From Bacteroidota bacterium (lineage in GTDB: Bacteria; Bacteroidota; Bacteroidia; Flavobacteriales_D; Crocinitomicaceae): a stretch of DNA of 64,000 nt. Positions 50,938 through 59,730 of this stretch are shown one piece after another. Under the pieces are notes generated by a model, which was not told the DNA's origin, searched no databases, and worked only from the letters and a program-made list of their open reading frames with translations. Each line of letters begins with the position of its first letter. The stretch's first letter is position 1. The stretch spans positions 1,240-65,239 of the forward strand of contig JBDKGB010000027.1 in assembly GCA_039798485.1 (NCBI GenBank). The letters are read 5' to 3'. The translations under genes and the position numbers were made by a program.

Positions 50938-52290
50938 TTATTTCGAAGCAAGCTCAACGAAGTCGTCATACGAAATTTCTTTCTCCGACAATTTCACTGT
51001 GCTCTTGAAATACTGTGTCAATTTTTGCTCTGCAAGCATGTCGTAAATTCTATTTGCTTCCTCCTTGTTACCAAGTACTTGCAACGCTGATTTTGTCAAT
51101 TCACTATCGTCTGGCGCAGGAATTCCGTATTGTGCATAATTGCTCACCAACAATCCTTTTGTAAATTCAATCACTTCTTGGTTATCCAACTTTATTTCGT
51201 TGTTCTTGAAGATGCTGGTTTGAATCAACTGCCATTTCAAGCTTTTTGCATACCCATCGTATTCTGCGTCCAATTGTTCGTCAGAAATTGGCTTTTCGTT
51301 TGACAATTTTATCCAACGCTTCAAGAATGCATCTGGCAAGTTGATGGCTGTTTTCTCCAAAAGCTCATCGTAAATGGTCCGTGTCAATAAGCGATCTGAA
51401 TCGTTTGCAAACATGTTTCTAAGGTCATCTGCGATGCGTGCCTTCAATTCTTTTTCAGAAGAAATGGCACCTTCACCAAACAAGCGGTCATACAGCTCTT
51501 GGTTCAATTCCGCTGCTTCCATATGCTTGATTTCGTTGATTGTCATTTGGAATTTATCAGAGATTGTTTCCAACGCCGCTTCTTGAATTCCCAACATGGC
51601 TGCAATATCGCTACCACCGCGAGAAACATGCGCTGGATTCACAACAACTTTATCACCGATTGCTTTACCCTCCAATGCTTTTTTCGCTTTAGCATCTTTC
51701 ACAAACTCCATAGAAATTGTCGAAGAATGAAGGATTCCGCCTTCCTTAATTTCTCCGTCTGCATTGAGTTCAACGAATTGAGCCAAAATCATATCCTTTT
51801 CTCCAACGGTATCTGAAGAAATTAATTTTCCATAACGGCGCGTAAGGTCTTCGATTTGTTTTGAGATAAGCGCATCATCGATTTTCACTTTTACGTGATC
51901 GAATTTGCTCTTCGACGACAAAGGAAGTTCAAATTGTGGGCTCAATCCGATTTCGAATTCAAACGTGAAATTTTCTGGCTTGTCAAAGTTGCCGTCCACG
52001 TCGCTTCCAGCTTTTGGGATTGGGTTACCGAGGATATCTATTTTGTTTTCAGCGATAAATTGGTACAATCCATCGTTTACAATCTTGTTTAACTCATCTG
52101 CAAGTACACCTTTACCGTATTGTTTTTGCACAATTCCGAAAGGCACATGACCTGGACGGAAACCAGGGATTTTAGCCGTTTTTCGGTATTTTTCCAAAGT
52201 TGATTTTACCTTGTCCTGATAATCTCCAGGCACGATTTCAACCTTCAATAATGCATTCAATGCATCAACGTCTTGACGAGTTACGTTCAT
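50938..52290 (-). CDS. tig: Trigger factor
   Basis: 450 aa with the N-terminal ribosome-binding motif (IPGFRPGHVP). Domain order matches Tig. Confidence 0.9.
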   Translation of the reverse strand: MNVTRQDVDALNALLKVEIVPGDYQDKVKSTLEKYRKTAKIPGFRPGHVPFGIVQKQYGKGVLADELNKIVNDGLYQFIAENKIDILGNPIPKAGSDVDGNFDKPENFTFEFEIGLSPQFELPLSSKSKFDHVKVKIDDALISKQIEDLTRRYGKLISSDTVGEKDMILAQFVELNADGEIKEGGILHSSTISMEFVKDAKAKKALEGKAIGDKVVVNPAHVSRGGSDIAAMLGIQEAALETISDKFQMTINEIKHMEAAELNQELYDRLFGEGAISSEKELKARIADDLRNMFANDSDRLLTRTIYDELLEKTAINLPDAFLKRWIKLSNEKPISDEQLDAEYDGYAKSLKWQLIQTSIFKNNEIKLDNQEVIEFTKGLLVSNYAQYGIPAPDDSELTKSALQVLGNKEEANRIYDMLAEQKLTQYFKSTVKLSEKEISYDDFVELASK

Positions 52291-52316
52291 TTTAATTTCA
52301 ATTATAGCTTAAACAA

Positions 52317-52346
52317 AAAAGGTCCCGTTTACCAACGAGACCATTT
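52317..52346 (-). terminator. Hairpin plus T-run immediately after tRNA-Leu
   Basis: The minus strand reads GGTCTCGTT-GGTA-AACGGGACC (one mismatch) followed by TTTTTT. Confidence 0.5.
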
Positions 52347-52350
52347 TCAG

Positions 52351-52432
52351 TGCGGATGGAGGGACTCGAACCCGCACACCTCTCGGCACCAGATCCTAAG
52401 TCTGGCGTGTCTACCAATTTCACCACATCCGC
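52351..52432 (-). tRNA. tRNA-Leu (anticodon UAG), 82 nt, long variable arm
   Basis: Reverse complement: GCGGATGTGGTGAAATTGGTAGACACGCCAGACTTAGGATCTGGTGCCGAGAGGTGTGCGGGTTCGAGTCCCTCCATCCGCA. It has a 7-bp acceptor stem, anticodon loop CT-TAG-GA and T-loop TTCGAGT. My hand fold shows one C-U mismatch in the T stem. Confidence 0.85.
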
Positions 52433-52640
52433 AAATTTATTTCAATTAAGGCCGTTCGTTCAACGCTACCTTCCCTTTCGGGATGGCAAAGATAATAGTT
52501 TTATTTAGAGAATGAAAAACCTGAGCAGGAAAAAAATATCAATTTGAATTTTAAAGGGTATTTTTTTGTGGAAAAGTCGTGATAACTGAATTTTAAATGT
52601 GCGTTTGTTCCGTGTAAATTTGTGCTATTCTATTCGAACA

Positions 52641-53537
52641 ATGATTACACTCAACCCAAAAACGCTTCCAGTACCAAAAGTTCACCAGTACCTGCTTGGT
52701 GCTGTAGGACCTAGACCAATAGCTTTTGCGGCGACAATTGATGCGGATGGAAATCACAACTTGGCGCCGTTCAGTTTCTTCAATGTATTCAGTGCGAATC
52801 CACCCATCTTGATTTTCTCACCTGCTCGATCAGGAAGAGCCAACACCACAAAAGACACGTACAACAACGTGAAAGTTATTCCTGAAGTGGTAATCAACGT
52901 GGTCAATTACGATATGGTGCATCAAATGAGCTTGGCAAGTTCACCCTATCCATCCGGAACAAGCGAATTTACGAAAGCGGGATTTACTCCTCTGGCATCT
53001 GAAACCATTCAACCCATGCGTGTGGCAGAAGCACCAGTACAGTTCGAATGTAAGGTAAATGAAGTGATTGAACTCGGAACTGAAGGAGGAGCAGGAAATT
53101 TGATCATTTGTGAGGTAACCCGCATCCACATCCATGAAGAGGTTTTGGATGAGGCTGGCATGATAGACCAAAAGAAAATTGATTTGGTCGCACGCATGGG
53201 GGGTAACTGGTATTGTCGTGCTGATGAGCGCTCGATGTTCGAAATCACGAAACCCATTACAACATGCGGGATTGGGTTCGATCACTTACCGGCAGATATC
53301 CTCGCGAGCGGCGTGCTTTCGCGCAACGACCTAGGTCAGCTTGCTGGGATCGAAGCACTTCCTGATGAAACGGAAGTTAATGAATACAAATTGTTAGAAC
53401 TTAGTGAATTGTTCGTATCTTTAGAAGACGACGCAAACGCATTGGAAAACGCCCTTCATGAGCGCGCTAAAGTGTTGCTAAGCGAAAACAAACTGGACGA
53501 GGCGTGGATGACGCTTTTGGCTTTTAATAATGGATAA
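52641..53537 (+). CDS. Flavin reductase family protein
   Basis: GPRPIAFAATIDADGNHNLAPFSFFN is the flavin reductase-like FMN-binding split-barrel signature. I trimmed the start to the ATG at 52641. Confidence 0.75.
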   Translation: MITLNPKTLPVPKVHQYLLGAVGPRPIAFAATIDADGNHNLAPFSFFNVFSANPPILIFSPARSGRANTTKDTYNNVKVIPEVVINVVNYDMVHQMSLASSPYPSGTSEFTKAGFTPLASETIQPMRVAEAPVQFECKVNEVIELGTEGGAGNLIICEVTRIHIHEEVLDEAGMIDQKKIDLVARMGGNWYCRADERSMFEITKPITTCGIGFDHLPADILASGVLSRNDLGQLAGIEALPDETEVNEYKLLELSELFVSLEDDANALENALHERAKVLLSENKLDEAWMTLLAFNNG

Positions 53538-53554
53538 CAACAAACAATAATACA

Positions 53555-53968
53555 ATGAGTAGTGTAAAGGTTAAAGGAAGAATCAAGGCAATTCTTGATG
53601 TTGAAAGTGGAGTAAGCAAAGCTGGCAAAGATTGGCAAAAACAAAGCTTTGTAATTGATACCGGTGATTCATTCAATCCAGATTTGTGCATCAGTCTTTT
53701 TGGAAATGACAAAGTTGCTGAACTAGGTCGATTCGCAATTGGGCAAGAGGTGGAAGTTTCTATCAATCTATATTCCCGTGAATATTCAGGTAAATACTAT
53801 CACAATGTTGACGGATTCAGAATTGATTTAGTGGGTAATGCGTCACAGGGTATCCCTGCTGGAGGTCCTTCACCTATCAACCTTGGCAACGCTCCGATAA
53901 ATGAGCCTGCAATTACTGCCCCTGCAGCAATTTCTGAAAGCGGTGCTGATGACGATCTTCCGTTCTAA
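53555..53968 (+). CDS. DUF3127 domain protein (OB-fold-like)
   Basis: VKGRIKAILDVESGVSKAGKDWQKQSFVIDT... matches the conserved N-terminus of the DUF3127 family as I recall it. Confidence 0.6.
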   Translation: MSSVKVKGRIKAILDVESGVSKAGKDWQKQSFVIDTGDSFNPDLCISLFGNDKVAELGRFAIGQEVEVSINLYSREYSGKYYHNVDGFRIDLVGNASQGIPAGGPSPINLGNAPINEPAITAPAAISESGADDDLPF

Positions 53969-53990
53969 AGGACAGAGAATATATTTTTTG

Positions 53991-54018
53991 AAAGCCGGTT
54001 CTGCCGGCTTTTTTTTAT
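53991..54018. terminator. Bidirectional rho-independent terminator
   Basis: AAAGCCGG-TTCTG-CCGGCTTT followed by a T-run, between convergent genes. Confidence 0.75.
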
Positions 54019-54043
54019 GGCAAATAATCTAGAAATCTTTACG

Positions 54044-54403
54044 CTATAGAATCGTGATGTATCCCGTCACGTCGATGTATTCCTGTGAATTGTATTTGCG
54101 GTAGCGAATTTTGTACACATAGGTACCTTCGCCAAAGACTTGAACCTGTTGTTTTTTCTTCCCCGTTCGTGCCTGCAAATCCATATCAAAAGGTGTCATG
54201 AAGGTCTTTGCCTCATAAACCAACTGTCCCCAGCGCGAGTAGATTTGCAAAGAAAACTCAGCCAAATCACACGTACATCCGATTGTCAATTGATCATTAT
54301 TCGCCTTGGACAAGGAAGATGGGACGGAAAAACAGGTATCCTTTTGCTGCGAAGAAGCAGCAAACCCAAAGAAGAACAAGCAAATGAAAAGAAACAGTCT
54401 CAT
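54044..54403 (-). CDS. Small secreted protein that is essentially only a T9SS type B (CHU_C-like) sorting domain
   Basis: Signal peptide, then IYSRWGQLVYEA...GTYVYKI...GYITIL, resembling the C-terminal domain of ORF 29944..31281. Confidence 0.55.
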   Translation of the reverse strand: MRLFLFICLFFFGFAASSQQKDTCFSVPSSLSKANNDQLTIGCTCDLAEFSLQIYSRWGQLVYEAKTFMTPFDMDLQARTGKKKQQVQVFGEGTYVYKIRYRKYNSQEYIDVTGYITIL

Positions 54404-54480
54404 CTTTTTTTCTCAAAAATAAGCATAAACCAACTTCAAACGCCACAAGGGATTATCTTTGCGCCCTTAATTTGTGCGAT

Positions 54481-56112
54481 ATGATTTCAGTTGATGGCCT
54501 TGCCGTAGAGTTCAGTGGTAAAATCCTGTTTAGTGATGTTAGCTTTGTCATCAATGACACCGATAAAATCGCCTTGATGGGGAAAAATGGCGCTGGAAAA
54601 TCAACGCTACTGAAAATTCTTGCAGGTCAAAACAAGCCCACAAAGGGTGGTGTTTCATCGCCAAAAGGTACCGTCATTGCTTATTTACCACAGCATTTGT
54701 TGACGGCAGACGAGTGTACCGTATTCGAGGAAACTTCCAAGGCCTTTCAAGAAATTTTTGCCATGAAAGCGGAGATGGATGAAATCAACCACCAGCTGAC
54801 AGTGCGCACCGACTACGATTCAGACGACTACATGAAACTGATCGAACAGGTGTCTGAACTCAGTGAAAAATACTACTCCATTGAAGAAATAAACTACGAT
54901 GGCGAGGTCGAAAAAACACTCAAAGGCTTAGGATTTGTGCGCGAAGACTTCGACCGTTCAACCTCCGAGTTTAGCGGTGGATGGAGGATGCGCATCGAGT
55001 TGGCGAAGATCCTTTTGCGCAAGCCAGACCTCATCTTGCTCGATGAGCCCACCAATCACTTGGACATCGAATCCATTCAATGGTTGGAGAATTTCCTGAC
55101 CGAACAAGCCAAAGCAGTTGTAGTCATCTCCCACGACCGCGCCTTTGTCGACAACATCACTACGCGAACCATCGAAGTGACGATGGGAAGAATATACGAC
55201 TACAAAGCGAAATATTCCCATTACCTTGAATTGCGCAAAGAACGACGCGAACAGCAACAAAAACAATACGACGAGCAGCAAAAGTTCATCGCTGAAACAA
55301 CCGAATTTATCGAACGTTTCAAGGGTACGTATTCCAAAACACTTCAAGTGCAATCACGGGTAAAGATGCTCGAGAAATTGGACATCATTGAAGTCGATGA
55401 AGTAGACACATCAGCCTTACGACTTCGCTTCCCTCCTGCTCCGCGCTCTGGGAATTATCCGGTGATTGTTGAAGAATTGAGTAAATCCTATGGCGATCAT
55501 GTGGTCTTCCACAATGCATCGATGACCATTGAACGCGGACAAAAATTGGCCTTCGTCGGAAAAAATGGAGAAGGGAAATCGACCATGATCAAAGCAATCA
55601 TGAATGAAATCGACTTTACCGGATCTCTTCAACTTGGACACAACATTAAGATTGGGTATTTTGCTCAAAACCAGGCCGCATTGCTTGACGAGGAACTGTC
55701 GATTTTCGAAACCATCGACTACATCGCTGTGGGTGACATCCGTACGAAAATCAAAGATATCTTGGGGGCATTTATGTTCGGTGGAGAAACGAGTGCGAAA
55801 AAGGTGAAAGTACTGTCCGGTGGTGAACGCACACGATTGGCGATGATCAAACTCCTTTTAGAGCCGGTTAACCTGTTGATTCTCGATGAGCCGACCAATC
55901 ACCTCGACATGAAAACCAAAGACATCATCAAAGATGCCTTGCGCAATTTTGACGGAACACTGATTATCGTTTCTCACGACCGCGACTTCTTGGATGGCTT
56001 GGTGACGAAGGTGTTTGAATTCGGGAACAAACGCGTGAAGGAACATTTCGAAGACATCAAAGGATTCTTGGAAAAGAAAAAGATGGAGTCCTTACGAGAA
56101 ATCGAAAAATAA
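54481..56112 (+). CDS. ABC-F family ATPase (two NBDs, no TMD)
   Basis: Two Walker A sites (GKNGAGKST, GKNGEGKST), two signatures (FSGGWRMR, LSGGERTR) and an inter-domain linker. ATG at 54481. Confidence 0.9.
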   Translation: MISVDGLAVEFSGKILFSDVSFVINDTDKIALMGKNGAGKSTLLKILAGQNKPTKGGVSSPKGTVIAYLPQHLLTADECTVFEETSKAFQEIFAMKAEMDEINHQLTVRTDYDSDDYMKLIEQVSELSEKYYSIEEINYDGEVEKTLKGLGFVREDFDRSTSEFSGGWRMRIELAKILLRKPDLILLDEPTNHLDIESIQWLENFLTEQAKAVVVISHDRAFVDNITTRTIEVTMGRIYDYKAKYSHYLELRKERREQQQKQYDEQQKFIAETTEFIERFKGTYSKTLQVQSRVKMLEKLDIIEVDEVDTSALRLRFPPAPRSGNYPVIVEELSKSYGDHVVFHNASMTIERGQKLAFVGKNGEGKSTMIKAIMNEIDFTGSLQLGHNIKIGYFAQNQAALLDEELSIFETIDYIAVGDIRTKIKDILGAFMFGGETSAKKVKVLSGGERTRLAMIKLLLEPVNLLILDEPTNHLDMKTKDIIKDALRNFDGTLIIVSHDRDFLDGLVTKVFEFGNKRVKEHFEDIKGFLEKKKMESLREIEK

Positions 56113-56117
56113 AGCCG

Positions 56118-57227
56118 TCAAAAATTTCGGTCCAATCTCCTGCCCTTCCATTGCGGCTTGAACCAATACATCATGCTCAAAATAAGCAAGGTGTAAAAAG
56201 GAAAAAGGAACTCATAGATGGGAATGAAGAGCCACGAAATTCGGCGCTGAATCCTCTTGAAATACGGATAAAAAATCAGCATGTCCAACCCTGTTTTGAT
56301 CGCGAAGATTGTCCAAAATTCTTTCCATTCGTGAGACCAACTTTTGGAAACCAGAAGCGCTACAAAAGCAAAGGTTAAAAGGGCTTGAACAATCGCCAAA
56401 CTTGTACTTAGATTGTCCTTCACATCTCCAGTTTTTGCCAACCACCTCAAACGCTGGTGGATAAATTCCCGAAAGGATTGAGGTGTTTCCGTTTTAATGG
56501 CCAGCTTCGGATCTGTCATTAACCGAACATCCGCCCCGCCATCTCGAAAATCGCGCAACAAATAAATATCATCCCCACTAGGCATGTGTGCATGTCGCTC
56601 AATGCGATCGAGGCGCTCAAAGGCTTCCCTGCTGTACAAGAGGTTTGCGCCACTCGCCATGATGGGTCGCTTCCAACCTGACAGGCCACAATTTGCCGAA
56701 TTGACTAAAATCAAATCCACTTCGTAGAGGTGTTCGTACCAGCGCTGGGCAACCATCACTGCTGGAAGAATATACATGTCTGCGTGTTCTAAGGTCAAAA
56801 GCGTCGAGAAATAACCCTCAGAAAAAGACACATCTGCATCCATCGACAAGATCCATTTTCCTTCACTTTCTTGAATCCCACGTCGAATGGCCACTTTCTT
56901 TCCTTGTTCATGCGTATCCAATGTAATCGCCATCCAGTTTATCCCTGAAAGATTTTCCCGAAGAATTGCCATCGAATCGTCCTCGGAATGATCATCCACA
57001 AAAACAAAACTATTTGGTTGATTTTTCGCCCTACGCATGGACGCTAACAATGGAGTAAGGCGCTTTGCTTCATTTCGAAATGGAACAATGACTGAAAGTT
57101 CTTCACTCGAAATCGTTTGCTTTCCAATGGTATAGGTCCCTTCTTTTTTCCGTTGGAGGAAATACCCTAGTCCAACGATACCGGCCATGATGGCGCCATA
57201 CACAATAAAGAAAGCTAAAACCATCAT
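56118..57227 (-). CDS. Family 2 glycosyltransferase (membrane)
   Basis: VIVPFRNE, VFVDDHSEDDS and MDADV. I trimmed the start to the ATG at 57227, which forms an ATGA overlap with the upstream stop. Confidence 0.75.
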   Translation of the reverse strand: MMVLAFFIVYGAIMAGIVGLGYFLQRKKEGTYTIGKQTISSEELSVIVPFRNEAKRLTPLLASMRRAKNQPNSFVFVDDHSEDDSMAILRENLSGINWMAITLDTHEQGKKVAIRRGIQESEGKWILSMDADVSFSEGYFSTLLTLEHADMYILPAVMVAQRWYEHLYEVDLILVNSANCGLSGWKRPIMASGANLLYSREAFERLDRIERHAHMPSGDDIYLLRDFRDGGADVRLMTDPKLAIKTETPQSFREFIHQRLRWLAKTGDVKDNLSTSLAIVQALLTFAFVALLVSKSWSHEWKEFWTIFAIKTGLDMLIFYPYFKRIQRRISWLFIPIYEFLFPFYTLLILSMMYWFKPQWKGRRLDRNF

Positions 57228-58147
57228 GCCTTTGCACGTTTTAGAATGACCAAAGAAACGAGGGTCGGAAGAAACAGATTCATGACCCAAATGGAAAACG
57301 CGGCGAGTACCACCGGAAATTCAGAAATACCAGCAGCGGCAAACACCCAAACCGCAACAGATTCGCGCACACCCAATTTCCCGAGAAATAATGACGGCGC
57401 CAAGGTCACCCAAAAATAGAATTGCCAAATCCATAAGATGCTTGTCGCATCGATTTCAACACCAAAGGCATAGAGTACACATGAGAATTGGAGCGTAAAG
57501 ATCAGATGACGAAAAATCCCTAGTCCGAGCATTCGAATTCTCAAATCTTTGTTGCTCTCGAGAAGTGCCAATAAACCTCGAACAAAAGTTCGCTTTCGAA
57601 GGAATTTCAGCAGCCACTCCATTCGAAAATAGAGCACTAGAAATAAACAAGCAACAAGCGCGATCAGGAAATATATGGTAGAACCAAGTGGAGTTTCGAA
57701 GGGCAATTTATGAAGCAGGATGACTGCCAAGGCACCAACCACCATCGTCACTGCAAACTGTGACATGCTCCCAATTAGCGTAAGTAAGGTAAGTTGAACG
57801 CGGTGTTTTCGGTCGAAATAAAGGATACGCCCGATGAAATTACCCAGCATGTTGGGTGTCAGCATGCCCGTTACCATTCCCGCTAAAAAACTATGGAAAA
57901 CAATAGATTTTTCGCTTTGCACTCCGGCACGACCCAGCGACAAGGTCCATTTTCGCCATTCTGTCCACCAGTTGATCGGCATAAGTACGAGACCAAAAGC
58001 CAAAAAAAGTGGGTGTTCAAGTGAGAACTGTCGTTGTTGTGCATCGAACTTATCCAAGCGTTGGTACAAGAAAAAAATGAGCACAGCCAACGCAAGCAAT
58101 TTGAGGAAATTGAAGATTGTCTGCCTATTTTTTATAGCTTTAGCCAA
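57224..58147 (-). CDS. Flippase-like / lysylphosphatidylglycerol-synthase TM domain family membrane protein (UPF0104)
   Basis: Eight or so TM helices. The architecture, and translational coupling to a GT2, are typical of this family. Confidence 0.55.
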   Translation of the reverse strand: MAKAIKNRQTIFNFLKLLALAVLIFFLYQRLDKFDAQQRQFSLEHPLFLAFGLVLMPINWWTEWRKWTLSLGRAGVQSEKSIVFHSFLAGMVTGMLTPNMLGNFIGRILYFDRKHRVQLTLLTLIGSMSQFAVTMVVGALAVILLHKLPFETPLGSTIYFLIALVACLFLVLYFRMEWLLKFLRKRTFVRGLLALLESNKDLRIRMLGLGIFRHLIFTLQFSCVLYAFGVEIDATSILWIWQFYFWVTLAPSLFLGKLGVRESVAVWVFAAAGISEFPVVLAAFSIWVMNLFLPTLVSLVILKRAKA

Positions 58148-58161
58148 CGAAGAAAATTTGA

Positions 58162-58719
58162 ATGGTTGAAGATAAGATTATTCTCGGAATTGACCCCGGA
58201 ACCACGATTATGGGATATGGACTTATTCATGTGCAGAAAAATCAATTGACCATGCTCAACTTCGGAATTGTTCAGCTCAACAAGCTTCCAACCCATCCCG
58301 ACAAGCTAAAACGCATTTACGACCGAATATCTGGGATCATCCAAGAGTACCATCCGGATGAACTGGCCATTGAAGCGCCATTTTTCGGGAAGAACGTGCA
58401 GTCGATGTTAAAGCTCGGCCGTGCTCAAGGTGTTGCCATTGCTGCGGGTTTGAGCCACAACCTTCCCTTTGAAGAGTATTCACCAAAGCGTGTAAAGCAA
58501 GCCATTACCGGCAGTGGTAGCGCGTCGAAGGAACAAGTGGCAGCGATGCTACAGAAACTCTTGAAATTCGAGGAAATGCCGAAATATTTAGATGCCACAG
58601 ATGGCTTGGCGGTTGCCGTATGTCATCATTTTTCCAAGGGCATTGGTGAGCACAACAAAGCGAAAGGCGGCGGATGGGATTCCTTTCTTCGCCAAAATCC
58701 TGACCGTAAAAAGGAATAA
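58162..58719 (+). CDS. ruvC: Crossover junction endodeoxyribonuclease RuvC
   Basis: ILGIDPGTTIMGYG, ELAIEAPFFGKNVQS and ATDGLAVAVCH. Confidence 0.9.
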   Translation: MVEDKIILGIDPGTTIMGYGLIHVQKNQLTMLNFGIVQLNKLPTHPDKLKRIYDRISGIIQEYHPDELAIEAPFFGKNVQSMLKLGRAQGVAIAAGLSHNLPFEEYSPKRVKQAITGSGSASKEQVAAMLQKLLKFEEMPKYLDATDGLAVAVCHHFSKGIGEHNKAKGGGWDSFLRQNPDRKKE

Positions 58720-58720
58720 G

Positions 58721-59368
58721 ATGTCTGGGGAACATCGATCTAGAATCGTTTTATGGCCCCTGTTCACCATCGGCGGAATTCTACTTTTTACAGTATTCTA
58801 TTTGCTTGCGGCCCATTACTATCCTGGTGGATCGAATGTCAATGTCCATGAACCTGGTTTCAGTTGGCGCAACAATTATTGGTGTGAGCTACTCGGGGAA
58901 AATGCTAAAAATGGTGCAGCAAATTCAGGCCGTAGCTTTGGCTTGGTAGGCATGGTTATCCTATCTGTGTCCATATCCATTTTCTGGTGGAATGTTCCAA
59001 CGATAGTTTATGAAAAAAACAAATCAATTCGAGGTTTTATGCGCTATTGCGGCATTTTGTCCATGATTTTTTCGTCACTCATTTTCACCAATTGGCACGA
59101 CGGCATTATCTATGTTGCTGTTATCTCAGGGACGATCGCTTTCACCTTGCTGTTTTATGAATTGTTCCGCAACAAGCGCGACTTCCTCTCCTATTTCGGG
59201 GTGGTTTGCCTCGGATTCATTTTCGCGAATGGCATCATCTACATCAGCAATTTTGGCATTGTCTTTCTTCCTCTCCTCCAAAAGATCACGTTTGGCCTTA
59301 CACTACTTTGGATCATCCTTGTAATTTTACAGTTGAAAAAACACGCCTATTCGCATTCATCATGGTAA
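58721..59368 (+). CDS. Hypothetical integral membrane protein
   Basis: ATG at 58721 (MSGEHRS...) with about 6 hydrophobic helices. The longer ORF-track form overlaps ruvC. Confidence 0.5.
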   Translation: MSGEHRSRIVLWPLFTIGGILLFTVFYLLAAHYYPGGSNVNVHEPGFSWRNNYWCELLGENAKNGAANSGRSFGLVGMVILSVSISIFWWNVPTIVYEKNKSIRGFMRYCGILSMIFSSLIFTNWHDGIIYVAVISGTIAFTLLFYELFRNKRDFLSYFGVVCLGFIFANGIIYISNFGIVFLPLLQKITFGLTLLWIILVILQLKKHAYSHSSW

Positions 59369-59724
59369 AAAAACGCAAACCCAACAAGAACATCCTTTCT
59401 CCAAGAGACTTTACCCTTCGGATGATCAAATTCTTTTTGATTTCCATGGTTTTTATGGCCGTATCTCTACTCATTGGAGTCATCGGTTACCGCCATTACG
59501 CGAATCTCTCCTGGATTGACAGTTTCTACAATGCGTCCATGATCCTCACAGGAATGGGCCCGGGAAGCATCCTCACAACCACGGGAGGTAAAGTTTTTTC
59601 GTCACTTTATGCACTCTTCAGTGGGATTGTTTTTCTAACGACTGCTGCGATTTTTATTTCCCCGATTGCCCATCGTCTGCTGCATTTGTTGCACGTGGAT
59701 GAGGATGAGGAAAATGTGGGGTGA
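59362..59724 (+). CDS. Small 2-TM pore-loop (K+-channel-like) membrane protein, atypical filter
   Basis: ATG at 59362. The order is TM1, then SWIDSFYNASMILTGMGPG (a pore-helix and filter-like segment), then TM2. This resembles the S..D..Y.S.VT.TTVGYG layout, but with TGMGPG in the filter position. Confidence 0.4.
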   Translation: MVKKRKPNKNILSPRDFTLRMIKFFLISMVFMAVSLLIGVIGYRHYANLSWIDSFYNASMILTGMGPGSILTTTGGKVFSSLYALFSGIVFLTTAAIFISPIAHRLLHLLHVDEDEENVG

Positions 59725-59730
59725 CCTTAT

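Noticed and set aside
52291-52640. Integrative element or prophage attachment at tRNA-Leu
   Set aside because: No integrase, direct repeat of the tRNA 3' end, or phage-like genes flank the tRNA. Both neighbours (tig and a flavin reductase) are ordinary genes.
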